Source: an uncultured Rhodothermales bacterium (GTDB taxonomy: Bacteria > Bacteroidota > Rhodothermia > Rhodothermales > UBA10348). Taken from it: a stretch of 48,910 nt of DNA. The notes under the pieces were generated by a model. The model saw only the letters and a program-made list of their open reading frames with translations. It made no database searches and was not told the origin of the DNA. A program made the translations under genes and the position numbers. This document shows positions 18,701 through 27,661 of this stretch, piece after piece. How positions within the stretch are numbered: the stretch's first letter is position 1; every line of letters begins with the position of its first letter. The stretch covers positions 5,679 through 54,588 of the forward strand of contig CAYXSE010000002.1 in the NCBI GenBank assembly GCA_964466675.1, in the 5' to 3' direction.

Positions 18701-20730
18701 GAGTACTCTCACTGCCGGGGATTACGGCCGAGAAGGGGGAGGTCCTGCTGACGCTATCGAGCGATACATTGACCGCCAGCGTCAGTTTGATGATTTCAGA
18801 GAACCGGACCATAAGCATGGACGGATTTACCGGAAGAGACCTGGCCGGGGGCCGTATCGAATCGTTCGAGGCGCAGCTGGACGATGCTCGTTGGTCCTTG
18901 GTCGCCCCGGCCGATATTCTGTTTGAGGACGGAATTGAGATCTCCGGATTCCTCGCCGTGGCGGACTCCCAGCGCATCGCCCTGGGTGGTTATGTTGGGA
19001 CCACACATGGCGACGACCTCTTCCTGAGCGCCACAAATGTTAAGCTGGACGCCATCCTGGACGTCGTCGGCATGCATGATTTCGGCGCTACCGTGGATGC
19101 CAGAGTGAGCATGACATCACCAAACCAGGAGGCCGAACCCACAATAAACGGCACTCTCTCGGGATCGATGACGTATGAGGACCAGGGGGCCGGCGAATTC
19201 AGAGCGCGGATGGCGTTTGCCGATCGACGTCTCAGCATCGACGCCGGGATAGACCACGCCTCCGGTCCCGAAGCCACCATTCGCGGTTATCTGCCTCTCA
19301 CGCTTTCGGGAGCCGACCTGACTGAAGAGCCGGTCAGCGTCGCGCTGGAGGCAGACCTTCTCCCTATCGACTGGACCCGCGCCTTCCTCGATCCCCACCT
19401 CATTGACCGGTTGGAGGGGAATTTCTCTGGTACGCTCTCTGTGCGGGGCACTCACGGAGATCCGTCCATGTCGGGGATTGCCAGTCTGACTGAGGGGCGC
19501 ATCGGCCTTCCCGACCTGGGAAAGGCCCGGCGAAGTCTCGTGTACGAGAAGGCGGCCGTGTACTTGTCCTTTCACGACGACGTGGTCAGGGTCGATTCTG
19601 CGTCTGTTCGGTCCGGCGGGGGCAAGGCTTCGGCCACGGGGTCCGTCGAGCTCCACAACCTGGCGTTCGGCCAGATGGACATCGACGTTGTGGCGCGCGA
19701 TTTCCTGGTCATAGACTCCGAGCCCTATCGTGCGATTATCGCGGCAAGGATGAACATCTCCGGGACCACGCGAGAGCCTGAACTGGGAGGGAGCGTCCGT
19801 GTCGCTCAAGCCGATTTCCGTTTGACAGACGAGACTTCCGCTGCCGCCTTCGAACCCGTCACACTGAGCCGCTCCGATCTCTTGAACCTGGAAGAGCGAT
19901 TTGGAATCCGCGTCACAGAGTCGGACACAACGAACTTCGATTTCTACGAAGCGCTCGAAATCAACGATTTGTCCATCGAGCTCGCCCGAAATTCCTGGCT
20001 CAGATCGCCGCGGAATCCGGCCGTTGATATTCAGTTTACTGGAAGTTTGAATGTCACGAAGGCGGCGCACGCGGACATTCAGGTGTTCGGTGTCATTGAT
20101 GTTGTGACTGAGCGGAGTCAGATTGAGCAATTTGGAAGGCGTTTTGACATTCAACAGGGGAGCCTGACGTTCAATGGCCCTCCTGAGCAACCAAGCATGG
20201 ACATAGGGGCCGTCTACCGAGTTCGGTCCCGCGGCTCCGAAGGAGACGAGGTCACCATCACACTCGAAGCCTCCGGATTCGCGGACGACCTGACCATATC
20301 CTTTCAGTCCGATCCGGTTATGGAGCTGTCCGACATCGTGTCCTACATCGCTACCGGGAGACCCGCCAGCGAAAGCCTGCAGCTCGGAGCCACCTCGACC
20401 GATGACTACCTGCGATCGGCCGCGGGCCTTGCGGTGGGTCCGATCACCTCGCTGGTCGAGAACCTGGCGGGCGCAGGCTTGGGGTTAGATGTGGTCAAGA
20501 TTGAGCAGGACGAGATCAAAGGGCTCACGCTCACGGCCGGCAAGTACGTGTCACCCCGACTCTTTGTCTCGGTCAGCCAGCCGATCTCCCTGTCCTCGAG
20601 TTCAGGAACGTCAACCGCCGACGCCACGCAGGTTGCCATGGAATATGAGATCATCCAAAACCTTCTCGTCTCGCTGTTGTCTCGCGGGACGATACTCAAG
20701 GCCAATTTGAGGTGGGAACGATCCTTCTAG
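15772..20730 (+). CDS. tamB: translocation and assembly module protein TamB-like (DUF490 C-terminus)
   Basis: 1652 aa with an N-terminal membrane anchor (VSIGVAVALVVLVLLLQI) and a long repetitive beta-rich body. The C-terminal block ...FGRRFDIQQGSLTFNGPPEQPSMDIGAVYRV...ISFQSDPVMELSDIVSYIATGRPAS...LTAGKYVSPRLFVSVSQ... is DUF490-like. Confidence 0.85.
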   Translation: MVRRIAHIAWRVSIGVAVALVVLVLLLQIQPVRTGVVNAALSLGNPYPDASLTVRSTSGTVLTSLGLSNLELVRSDGSVPLQLEHLDLRYRLLPALIGRIHITELTVGGVSVQAVRDSSGVLDLLAPFILDPDAPTADLTMDSFIMERAALSVSDTSGLWAVSNLGLVLRDLRTKPALAMRLDTLYGDLFDPIAHLPGRVSASGEIADGGLRVDTLLYATSRSQVSASGELARMLRFDEVSSFQLRVAPLHFDDVRPLLPDLIPGGTAVLEAEVSGEPGQTMVSFRAQAGSGSLSGQLSVSTSLALDSRRASLGQLRFREVDPSQILTSLAESGPAAGSVDFDLSGPDWRHLSGGSSLSLDYGVIQGVTVSNLFVEQSWQGGLVQMDGTALINTGHTEIEGTINPGEPDLPLALSANLRDWPIEAWVEAVSGSGSVSGSGNVSVSVEGSRDDLRFSALVDGSVVGECLLDGVITGSLTGGLLSSQLDLTACDGRLDGSGTYSTESGEWRLHSLVASEIDVSQVLGDTTASGISANITGIGLDGDSELDLALGYSFFGPYSLDSLRATATLSADLWQAQGALFSGPGAADFMITGDVDGTRIDSLAFDRFDLAHTATVPGLDTALSGLLVGVIGEDESRIDLTLRPSRINGQMLEGGSSTASLRGDSLVARGSIRLAGAGGIDWSGHANTSSGVAVLDTLGFSELNIEALSPRVSIRSRLTGAITGRIGPQTQRGSLVLEPGGTLNGLPLGGGGALFSMDADSVWTRARLLLGDGVLRLEAGMRPHSERFGGRLDLSHLDAVRLAGVDTIRSSLSGTIRFSGQSLDPDSAIVEIEVDSLRFGFGEVRVDSMAGSLRWESGVIASESIEIHGTPVRGRFSGRLPLTGEAPDERYALTGELQLDDVSSVAAAFGIQVGTSGATFRIRGSGRRDHLQLSTTGTLSGLRWGDIHVARSDLLLSLELDSGLVPSAAELRLEGRVLSLPGITAEKGEVLLTLSSDTLTASVSLMISENRTISMDGFTGRDLAGGRIESFEAQLDDARWSLVAPADILFEDGIEISGFLAVADSQRIALGGYVGTTHGDDLFLSATNVKLDAILDVVGMHDFGATVDARVSMTSPNQEAEPTINGTLSGSMTYEDQGAGEFRARMAFADRRLSIDAGIDHASGPEATIRGYLPLTLSGADLTEEPVSVALEADLLPIDWTRAFLDPHLIDRLEGNFSGTLSVRGTHGDPSMSGIASLTEGRIGLPDLGKARRSLVYEKAAVYLSFHDDVVRVDSASVRSGGGKASATGSVELHNLAFGQMDIDVVARDFLVIDSEPYRAIIAARMNISGTTREPELGGSVRVAQADFRLTDETSAAAFEPVTLSRSDLLNLEERFGIRVTESDTTNFDFYEALEINDLSIELARNSWLRSPRNPAVDIQFTGSLNVTKAAHADIQVFGVIDVVTERSQIEQFGRRFDIQQGSLTFNGPPEQPSMDIGAVYRVRSRGSEGDEVTITLEASGFADDLTISFQSDPVMELSDIVSYIATGRPASESLQLGATSTDDYLRSAAGLAVGPITSLVENLAGAGLGLDVVKIEQDEIKGLTLTAGKYVSPRLFVSVSQPISLSSSSGTSTADATQVAMEYEIIQNLLVSLLSRGTILKANLRWERSF

Positions 20731-20797
20731 TGTTCCATCTCATAGAGCCCAGGCCGCGCGCGCCCCGCACCTCCTCGCCAAGCAAGCACGTGGCCAG

Positions 20798-21598
20798 ATG
20801 AGACTGACGCTCCGACCCACAGACAGACGAGACTACCTGCCGCACCTGCTGGAGCGTGTAGGAGACTTCGGTCGGTTTACGATGACGTTTTTTGCGCGGG
20901 GGTTTCGGCGCCCGTGGGAATGGAGGGAACTGCTTCGCCAGATGGACGAAGTCGGTACCCGAAGTTTCCTGCTGACGGGTGTGACCGGGCTGGCCATCGG
21001 CACGGTGCTGGCCATGCAAAGCCGAGGGACCCTGGTCCAATTCGGTGCGGAGGCGATGCTTCCCAACATGCTCGCCCTCTCGGTGATCAAGGAAATCGGC
21101 CCTGTTCTCACGGCTCTGGTGCTGGCTGGGCGCCTTGGTGCGGGTATCGGCGCGGAGATTGGATCGATGCGCGTGACCGAGCAGATTGATGCCCTCGAGG
21201 TCATGGCGCTCCGGCCGCTGAACTACCTCGTCGTAACCAGGGTCTTGGCGTGTGTCCTGATGTTTCCGGTCCTGACCATCTGGACGGATGTGCTGGCGAT
21301 GTGCGGAGGCTATTTCGAATCCGTCCTGGCCTCGGGAATGCACTACCGGATCTTTATCGACACCGCTTTTACTTCCCTGAGATTCAGCGATCTGTTGGTC
21401 GACACCATGAAGACTTCCATCTTCGGGTTCATAGTCGGGATGGTGTCCTGTTATCTGGGTTTCTCGGTTCGGGGCGGTACCCGGGAAGTGGGACAGGCGG
21501 CCATGCAGTCCGTCGTGGCCGCATCGCTCCTCATTCTGTTGGCCGACCTCGCCATTGTCCGACTTTCGCTCCTCGTCTTTGGAGATGTCGCATCATGA
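20798..21598 (+). CDS. mlaE: MlaE-family ABC transporter permease
   Basis: 266 aa, polytopic, with ...QMDEVGTRSFLLTGVTGLAIGTVLAMQS...EIGSMRVTEQIDALEVMA... characteristic of MlaE/YrbE. ATGA overlap with the next gene. Confidence 0.9.
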   Translation: MRLTLRPTDRRDYLPHLLERVGDFGRFTMTFFARGFRRPWEWRELLRQMDEVGTRSFLLTGVTGLAIGTVLAMQSRGTLVQFGAEAMLPNMLALSVIKEIGPVLTALVLAGRLGAGIGAEIGSMRVTEQIDALEVMALRPLNYLVVTRVLACVLMFPVLTIWTDVLAMCGGYFESVLASGMHYRIFIDTAFTSLRFSDLLVDTMKTSIFGFIVGMVSCYLGFSVRGGTREVGQAAMQSVVAASLLILLADLAIVRLSLLVFGDVAS

Positions 21599-22323
21599 GC
21601 GCGGCCGTCCAATTTGTCGACGTCTACAAGCGTTTTGGATCGACCGAAGTGTTGCGTGGAATTACGCTGGAAGTCCGAAAAGGAGACACTGCAGCGGTGA
21701 TGGGCGGATCGGGAAGCGGCAAGAGTGTGCTCCTCAAACATGTCGTACAACTGCTTCGGCCAGACCGGGGGGAAGTCTGGGTCGGAGACAAGAGAATGGA
21801 CCGACTGGCGGGCGAGCCACTCGACAAGGAGCGGCTTTCCATCGGCTACTTGTTTCAGGGGGGCGCACTCTTCGATTCGATGACAGTCGCAGAAAACTTC
21901 GATTTCGTCCTGGATCGGCACACGCCGCTCACGCGTGGAGAACGACACGACCGTATCGCTGAACTCCTGACCTGGGTCGGACTCGTGGAAAAAATCGACG
22001 CACGGCCATCCGACCTCTCGGGCGGTCAGCAGAAGAGAATTGCCCTGGCCCGGGCCCTCTCGCTGAACCCGAATCTCATGCTCTTCGATGAACCTACAAC
22101 CGGTCTCGACCCCATTTCGGTTCGAATGGTCTCCGAGTTGATCGTTCGGCTTCGCGAGGAACGGGGGATGACAAGTATCGTGATCACGCACGATTTGTTG
22201 TGCGCCGAAATCGTGGCCGATGCGGTCCACTTCCTGCATTCAGGCCGCATCCTCGCAGGGGGCTCGCTGGACGCCGTTCGCGCGTCCGAGAGCCCGGAAA
22301 TCCGCAACTTCTTCGGAGACTAA
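21595..22323 (+). CDS. mlaF: MlaF-like ABC transporter ATP-binding protein
   Basis: Walker A GGSGSGKS, signature LSGGQQKR, Walker B LMLFDEPTTGLD. ATG 21595 (MSAAVQFVDVYKRFG...) is the true start; the ORF-track extension to 21250 overlaps mlaE out of frame. Confidence 0.93.
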   Translation: MSAAVQFVDVYKRFGSTEVLRGITLEVRKGDTAAVMGGSGSGKSVLLKHVVQLLRPDRGEVWVGDKRMDRLAGEPLDKERLSIGYLFQGGALFDSMTVAENFDFVLDRHTPLTRGERHDRIAELLTWVGLVEKIDARPSDLSGGQQKRIALARALSLNPNLMLFDEPTTGLDPISVRMVSELIVRLREERGMTSIVITHDLLCAEIVADAVHFLHSGRILAGGSLDAVRASESPEIRNFFGD

Positions 22324-22353
22324 CGGTACTTGACGACCACCGGATTTCGCCCC

Positions 22354-23415
22354 ATGACACGCAATATCAGGCTCGGAACGTTTATTCTGGTTGGGGGAGT
22401 GATCCTCCTGGCGGGGCTGTTCGCGATTGGCAACAGGACCTTCCTGTTTTCCAACACGATCAACGTGAGGGCCCAGTTCTCGAGGGTCGCCGGACTTCAG
22501 CGCGGCGCGTCCGTTCAATACCAGGGGATAAACGTGGGCCGGGTCTCTGACGTCCAATTGCCTCTCGGGCCGGGCCAGCCGATTGAGGTGGCCATGGCCA
22601 TCACGTCGAACGCGTCTCACCTGCTCCGGTCCACTACGCAGGCCCAGATCAAATCCGACGGGTTGGTGGGAGAACAAATTATTGTTCTCGTGGCCGACGC
22701 CGACGCCGGAGAGCCGGTCCAGGAGAATGACATGCTGGTCGGGATTGATCCGTTCGACCTCTTCGAAATCACGGACAAGGCTATCGCTTCGGTTCGAGGT
22801 TTCGAACAGGTAGCCCGTTCGTTCGAACAAATCATGCTCGATATCCAGACGGGTCAGGGCACCCTGGGACGAATCGTCTACGATTCAACCCTGTACGTGG
22901 AGATGGTTGCCACAGCCGACGAGACTCGACGGGCGATGGCGAGTTTGGCCGCTAGCGGTGAGGCGACAGCCGAACTCTTGGCGGGTGTAGCCGATCGAGC
23001 TGCCGTTGGAATTGAGGCGGTTCTTCAGAAGGTCGAGAGTGGCGATGGGACATTGGCCCGGCTACTCAACGACCCGGCCATATACGAGGCTATCCTCGCC
23101 TCCGCCGATTCCCTCCGACTCATTGCTACGGACCTCCAGGCGGTGACCTCAATTGCGGAGAACGCGGCAACGTGGGGGGCACTCGGTTCATATCGATTCG
23201 CGGAGCTTATGGAAGCTGCCAAGCATAACTGGCTCTTCAAACGGTATTTCGAGGACCGTGGTCATGTCGAACAGGCGGAATTCGAACTCCGCGAGCGTGC
23301 CATATCAGACAGCTACAGGCGAATCGAGGATCGCCAGCGAGAACTATTGATTTGGGAGGACAGGCTCCGCACCATGCAGGCCAGCATCGACTCCACCTTG
23401 ACATCCGGTCAGTGA
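22354..23415 (+). CDS. mlaD: MlaD-family (MCE domain) protein with a long helical C-terminal extension
   Basis: N-terminal TM RLGTFILVGGVILLAGLFAIG followed by an MCE-like core (...VRAQFSRVAGLQRGASVQYQGINVGRVSDV...). The start is ATG 22354 or TTG 22330. Confidence 0.85.
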   Translation: MTRNIRLGTFILVGGVILLAGLFAIGNRTFLFSNTINVRAQFSRVAGLQRGASVQYQGINVGRVSDVQLPLGPGQPIEVAMAITSNASHLLRSTTQAQIKSDGLVGEQIIVLVADADAGEPVQENDMLVGIDPFDLFEITDKAIASVRGFEQVARSFEQIMLDIQTGQGTLGRIVYDSTLYVEMVATADETRRAMASLAASGEATAELLAGVADRAAVGIEAVLQKVESGDGTLARLLNDPAIYEAILASADSLRLIATDLQAVTSIAENAATWGALGSYRFAELMEAAKHNWLFKRYFEDRGHVEQAEFELRERAISDSYRRIEDRQRELLIWEDRLRTMQASIDSTLTSGQ

Positions 23416-23996
23416 CAGAACGGTATCATATCCCGGCCAGACTGGACCCGACTCGATCTCTGCTGGGACTGTTGCTTTGTCCCGGAGACGAAGACCGCTT
23501 GAGGTGTCAGAACCGATTCTATCTCCTGGCGATAGGGGGACTGGTGGGATACCTCGTCATCATTTTCCTCGCCTGGGCCTGGATCAACATGGGGTCGGCT
23601 CCGACCGAGCAGGACTCCCAGGCCTTCTGGACCCTGCAGACGGCCTTGCTCGGTGGGGTGATCCTGCTTTCGTGGATTGGATTCCGTCCTTCCATTCGTG
23701 TCGATCTGTCCGAGGACGGGGTGTGCATCAAGATGGGGCGCAAACCATCGATCTGGTTGAGGGCCGAATCTCTTCGGTCTGCCTCCAGGATCGACGCGCG
23801 GGTGCACCATCAACACTACCGGCTGTACGCGGAGACCAGATCGTTTATCGGGGCTCCGCATCAGACGTTCGTGCTGATCAGAACAGAGGAGCAGGCGTGG
23901 GTCCTGGGTGTGTCTCCCGCCGAGCAGAACGGTCTCGTCGAGAGCATAAATGAGCTCCTCGCAGAGAATCGAGCGAACGAAACCCTCGTGGCGTGA
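23412..23996 (+). CDS. two-TM membrane protein of unknown function, translationally coupled to mlaD
   Basis: GTG 23412 overlaps the mlaD stop (GTGA). Predicted TMs are FYLLAIGGLVGYLVIIFLAWAWI and FWTLQTALLGGVILLSWIGF, followed by a ~110-aa soluble tail. Its stop abuts the tgt start. Confidence 0.55.
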   Translation: MTERYHIPARLDPTRSLLGLLLCPGDEDRLRCQNRFYLLAIGGLVGYLVIIFLAWAWINMGSAPTEQDSQAFWTLQTALLGGVILLSWIGFRPSIRVDLSEDGVCIKMGRKPSIWLRAESLRSASRIDARVHHQHYRLYAETRSFIGAPHQTFVLIRTEEQAWVLGVSPAEQNGLVESINELLAENRANETLVA

Positions 23997-25127
23997 TTGC
24001 GGTTCATTCTGGAGCATACAGACGCCCAGACCGGGGCCAGGGCCGGCAGAATTGAGACCGCGCACGGTACGATTCGAACGCCGGTGTTTATGCCGGTTGG
24101 AACCGCTGGATCGGTAAAGTCAGTCTCTCCTCGAGAACTCGTGGAAGACCTGGACGCCGAGATCGTTCTTGCCAACACCTACCACCTCTACCTCCGTCCC
24201 GGAACGGAAGTGTTGGAAAAGGCGGGTGGGCTGCACCGGTTCATGAGCTGGGATAGGCCTCTGTTGACCGATTCGGGTGGGTATCAGGTGTTCTCACTCT
24301 CGGGGATTCGGAAATTGACTGAGGAAGGGGCGCGGTTCAAGAGCCACCTGGATGGTTCCTACCACCTGTTCACGCCCGAGTCGGTGATGGACACTCAGCG
24401 GAAAATCGGCGCCGACATCATGATGGTCCTGGACGAGTGTCCCCCCGGAGATGCCTCCTTCAAGTATGCGGACGACTCCAATTCGTTGACCATCCGGTGG
24501 GCCCGCCGATGCCGAGATCAGTTCGAGAGATCGCCCGCCTGCTACGGTCATGAACAAGCGCTGTTTGGAATCGTGCAGGGGGTGGTCTACCCAGACCTCC
24601 GTCGCAAGTCAGCCGAGCAGTTGCTGGAGATCGGATTTCCCGGTTACGCCATCGGCGGACTTTCGGTAGGAGAGCCGGCCGAGCAGATGTACGACATGGT
24701 CGAGGTCGTCAACGAGATTCTGCCCGCGGAGAAGCCCCGCTACCTCATGGGTGTCGGAACGCCCGCGAATCTGCTTGAGAACGTGGCCCGCGGGGTGGAC
24801 ATGTTCGATTGTGTCATGCCCACAAGGAATGCCCGCAACGGGACCATGTTTACCACGAGAGGCATCGTAAATCTCCGGAATGCGAAGTGGAAGCAGGCGT
24901 TCGAGCCCGTCGATGAAGGTCTCGAGGGATACGCCTCCAATGCGTTCACGAAGGCGTACACGCGGCATCTGATCAATACCGGTGAGATTCTCGGGCTGCG
25001 CATAACCACCATGCAGAACCTCGCTTTGTACGCCTGGGTGATGCGATCCGCCCGGGCCGCGATTCTCGAGGACCGGTTTGGGACCTGGATGGAATCCGCC
25101 CTTCCGGATCTGACCGGACGCCCATAG
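23997..25127 (+). CDS. tgt: tRNA-guanine transglycosylase (queuine tRNA-ribosyltransferase)
   Basis: 376 aa; TPVFMPVGT, LTDSGGYQV, MMVLDEC, GGLSVGE, YLMGVGTP motifs; TTG start at 23997. Confidence 0.96.
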   Translation: MRFILEHTDAQTGARAGRIETAHGTIRTPVFMPVGTAGSVKSVSPRELVEDLDAEIVLANTYHLYLRPGTEVLEKAGGLHRFMSWDRPLLTDSGGYQVFSLSGIRKLTEEGARFKSHLDGSYHLFTPESVMDTQRKIGADIMMVLDECPPGDASFKYADDSNSLTIRWARRCRDQFERSPACYGHEQALFGIVQGVVYPDLRRKSAEQLLEIGFPGYAIGGLSVGEPAEQMYDMVEVVNEILPAEKPRYLMGVGTPANLLENVARGVDMFDCVMPTRNARNGTMFTTRGIVNLRNAKWKQAFEPVDEGLEGYASNAFTKAYTRHLINTGEILGLRITTMQNLALYAWVMRSARAAILEDRFGTWMESALPDLTGRP

Positions 25128-25138
25128 GTATCAGCCCT

Positions 25139-26383
25139 ATGGCCCGCAGCTTCCAAGTCCCCGAATCCTATCGATCCCCGATTGTCTCGGTGGTAAAAGA
25201 GGCCCGAAAGCTTGCCGACCCGCGCAAGAGAGACCTGGCACCCAGCGTTCTGGATTTCGGGACGCTCCGCGTGAAACTGGCGCGGCATTTCGGATTCTGC
25301 TACGGCGTCGAAAATGCGATCGAGATTGCCTACCGGGCCATTGAAGAGAATGCTGGACGGCAGATTTATCTCCTGTCGGAGATGATTCACAACCCGCATG
25401 TCAATGACGACCTCAAAAGTCGCGGCATCCTGTTTCTGCGCACGACGTCTGGGGAGCAGCTGATCCCTTTCGAAGAGCTGAATCCGGACGACGTGGTGAT
25501 CATTCCAGCTTTCGGCGCCTCCCTCGAAATCAACGAGGTACTACGGGCGAGGGGCGTGGATGTGAAGGCCTACGACACGACCTGCCCGTTCGTCGAAAAA
25601 GTCTGGAGACGTAGCTCGCAGATAGGCCGCAAGGACTTCTCGATCGTGGTCCACGGGAAGCGGCTGCACGAGGAGACACGCGCGACATTTTCCCACGCCA
25701 AGGAGGTTGCACCGGTCGTTGTTGTCCGGGATATCGAAGAAGCGAGGGAACTCGCGGATTTTATAACCGGGAGTCGCCCGATCGGCGAATTCCGGGACCT
25801 TTTTGCGGATAGAGTTTCGGAAGGGTTCGATGAAACGCGGGACCTGGCCAAGATCGGAGTCGTTAATCAGACCACCATGCTGGCCACGGAAACCCAGGCC
25901 ATTGCCAGCCTCCTCCGGCAGGCGATGGTCAGCCGGTACGGGCCGGACTCGATCGGCCAGCATTTCGCGGACACCAGTGACACGTTGTGTTACGCTACCA
26001 ACGAAAATCAGGACGCGACAAAGAGCCTCATCGAGGACGGAGCCGATCTTGCGATTGTTGTCGGTGGTTTCAATTCTTCGAACACAGGCCACCTTGTGGA
26101 ACTCTGCGAGGAGCGCATGCCGACGTTCTTCGTCAGCGGACCCGACGGATTGGAATCGCCCCAACTCATTCACCACTTCGATTTCGAAGGAAGAAAGAGC
26201 GTAACAACGTCGGATTGGTACCCGACCGAGGAGCCGGTCGAACTCATTCTTACCGCCGGGGCATCCTGTCCGGATGTCCTCATCGAAGGCGTGATCAGAA
26301 AACTCTTGTCCTGGCACTCCGGAGCTTCGAGCATTGAGGCGGCGCTCGAGCCGTTTTTTTCAGCCACCCAGCCCGCCATCTAA
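25139..26383 (+). CDS. ispH: 4-hydroxy-3-methylbut-2-enyl diphosphate reductase (long form)
   Basis: GFCYGVENAI, DTTCPFVEKVW, VVHGKRLHEE, VVNQTTM, DTLCYATNENQ, GGFNSSNTGHL, including the three cluster-binding Cys contexts. Confidence 0.95.
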   Translation: MARSFQVPESYRSPIVSVVKEARKLADPRKRDLAPSVLDFGTLRVKLARHFGFCYGVENAIEIAYRAIEENAGRQIYLLSEMIHNPHVNDDLKSRGILFLRTTSGEQLIPFEELNPDDVVIIPAFGASLEINEVLRARGVDVKAYDTTCPFVEKVWRRSSQIGRKDFSIVVHGKRLHEETRATFSHAKEVAPVVVVRDIEEARELADFITGSRPIGEFRDLFADRVSEGFDETRDLAKIGVVNQTTMLATETQAIASLLRQAMVSRYGPDSIGQHFADTSDTLCYATNENQDATKSLIEDGADLAIVVGGFNSSNTGHLVELCEERMPTFFVSGPDGLESPQLIHHFDFEGRKSVTTSDWYPTEEPVELILTAGASCPDVLIEGVIRKLLSWHSGASSIEAALEPFFSATQPAI

Positions 26384-26384
26384 C

Positions 26385-27113
26385 ATGTCCTGGTACGAGC
26401 AGTGGTTTGATACCGACGAATATGAACTGGTGTACCAGAACCGCGACGACGGGGAGGCGACCGGGGCCATCAACATGATCGAGGAGATCGCAAACCCGCT
26501 GGCCGGGGGGACGGTCCTGGATGTCGGCTGCGGCCGGGGACGCCATAGTTTGAGCCTGGCCTCCCGTGGATATCGAGTGACGGGGCTCGACCTGTCCAAG
26601 CGTTCTCTCGAGTCGGCCCGAAGGAAGGCGGAGGAGGTAGGCGCTGACGTCACTTTTATCCACGGCGACATGAGGGATCCCGTAGACGGCTCGTTCGACA
26701 TGGTGGTCAACCTGTTCACGGCATTCGGGTATTTCGAAGCCGAGAAGGAACACCAGCGCGCGGTTGACGCCATGGCAGGCGCCTTGAATCCGGACGCCGT
26801 ACTCGTGCAGGACTTCCTGAATCCCGGCTACATCAAAGCCAATTTTGTACCGGCGGACCGCCGAACAGTGGGAAGCCTGGAGATCAGGCAGAGGCGACGC
26901 ATAAAGGAAAACCGCATTGTGAAAACGATCGAGTTCGTGAGGAAGGACGGATCGCATTCGTTCCAGGAAAGCGTCGCCTTGCTGGCTTTGGACGATTTCG
27001 AACGATTTTATGCGGCGGCCGGTCTCCAACTCCTGGAGGTACGAGGAGACTACCATGGTGGCGACTTCCACGAGACCTCCCCTCGATGTATCCTGTTTTC
27101 GAAGAGATTGTGA
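26385..27113 (+). CDS. class I SAM-dependent methyltransferase
   Basis: Motif I VLDVGCGRGRHS followed by VTGLDLS; ~242 aa; ATG 26385 lies 1 nt after the ispH stop. Confidence 0.88.
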   Translation: MSWYEQWFDTDEYELVYQNRDDGEATGAINMIEEIANPLAGGTVLDVGCGRGRHSLSLASRGYRVTGLDLSKRSLESARRKAEEVGADVTFIHGDMRDPVDGSFDMVVNLFTAFGYFEAEKEHQRAVDAMAGALNPDAVLVQDFLNPGYIKANFVPADRRTVGSLEIRQRRRIKENRIVKTIEFVRKDGSHSFQESVALLALDDFERFYAAAGLQLLEVRGDYHGGDFHETSPRCILFSKRL

Positions 27114-27661
27114 GCCGATTCATTCTTGTTCTTGTGCTTTCCGGCTGCGGCCTGTTCTCGACGAGAGTGCCCGAGCTTCCGGTGACAGAGGGGGGCACTT
27201 ACGCGCAACCGGACGCGCCGGAGCAGGTGATCGACAACATTCAAAACGCTGTGGCAGAGCTCAATACGCTTAACTATCGACGTTCGCTGGCCGCCACGCT
27301 CTCGTTTCAGCCTACCGCCACCGCCGAGGCCAGAGAGTCCATTTGGGGTGGGTGGGGGCGCGCCGAGGAAGAGCAATATTTCAGCACGCTGGTAGCGGCG
27401 GCATCGGACAACGAGGGCCATTCGCTCGTGCTCAACGATCAATCGCTCACCATCGTCGAGGCCACTCGATTTCAATTGGATGCCACGTACGTGCTGACGG
27501 TCAACCACAGGCGGCCGGACGCATCGACCCGGGTACAGGGTCGACTCATTTGGGTGATCGAGCAGCGCGGCGACGGACTCTGGGAACTGGTGGACTGGAC
27601 CGATCAGGAACTGGCCGGCACAGCCACCTGGAGCGACCTCAAGGCCGAGTTCGTCAAGTGA
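27086..27661 (+). CDS. lipoprotein of unknown function (paralog 1)
   Basis: Lipobox LVLSGC; 191 aa; overlaps the methyltransferase 3' end by 28 nt. Shares positional motifs with the next ORF (Q-N-A...Y...L, WG.AE, W.L..W.D). Confidence 0.6.
   Translation: MYPVFEEIVSRFILVLVLSGCGLFSTRVPELPVTEGGTYAQPDAPEQVIDNIQNAVAELNTLNYRRSLAATLSFQPTATAEARESIWGGWGRAEEEQYFSTLVAAASDNEGHSLVLNDQSLTIVEATRFQLDATYVLTVNHRRPDASTRVQGRLIWVIEQRGDGLWELVDWTDQELAGTATWSDLKAEFVK

Noticed and set aside
19117-20190. 357-aa minus-strand ORF inside tamB (also 17607..17942, 18208..18977 and others)
   Set aside because: It is antisense to the DUF490-bearing TamB frame and has low-complexity Arg/Gly/Pro composition. It is a shadow ORF.
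21250-21594. N-terminal extension of the MlaF ORF back to 21250
   Set aside because: The extension overlaps mlaE in another frame and is Arg/Gly-rich. ATG 21595 forms an ATGA junction with the mlaE stop and gives a normal ABC ATPase N-terminus.
25541-26317. 258-aa minus-strand ORF inside ispH; likewise 21451..22239 in mlaF, 6779..7522 across dNK, 9223..9852 in the EcsC gene, 26295..27071 in the methyltransferase, 27050..27862 across the lipoprotein genes
   Set aside because: All are antisense to ORFs with clear family motifs and lack any motif of their own.
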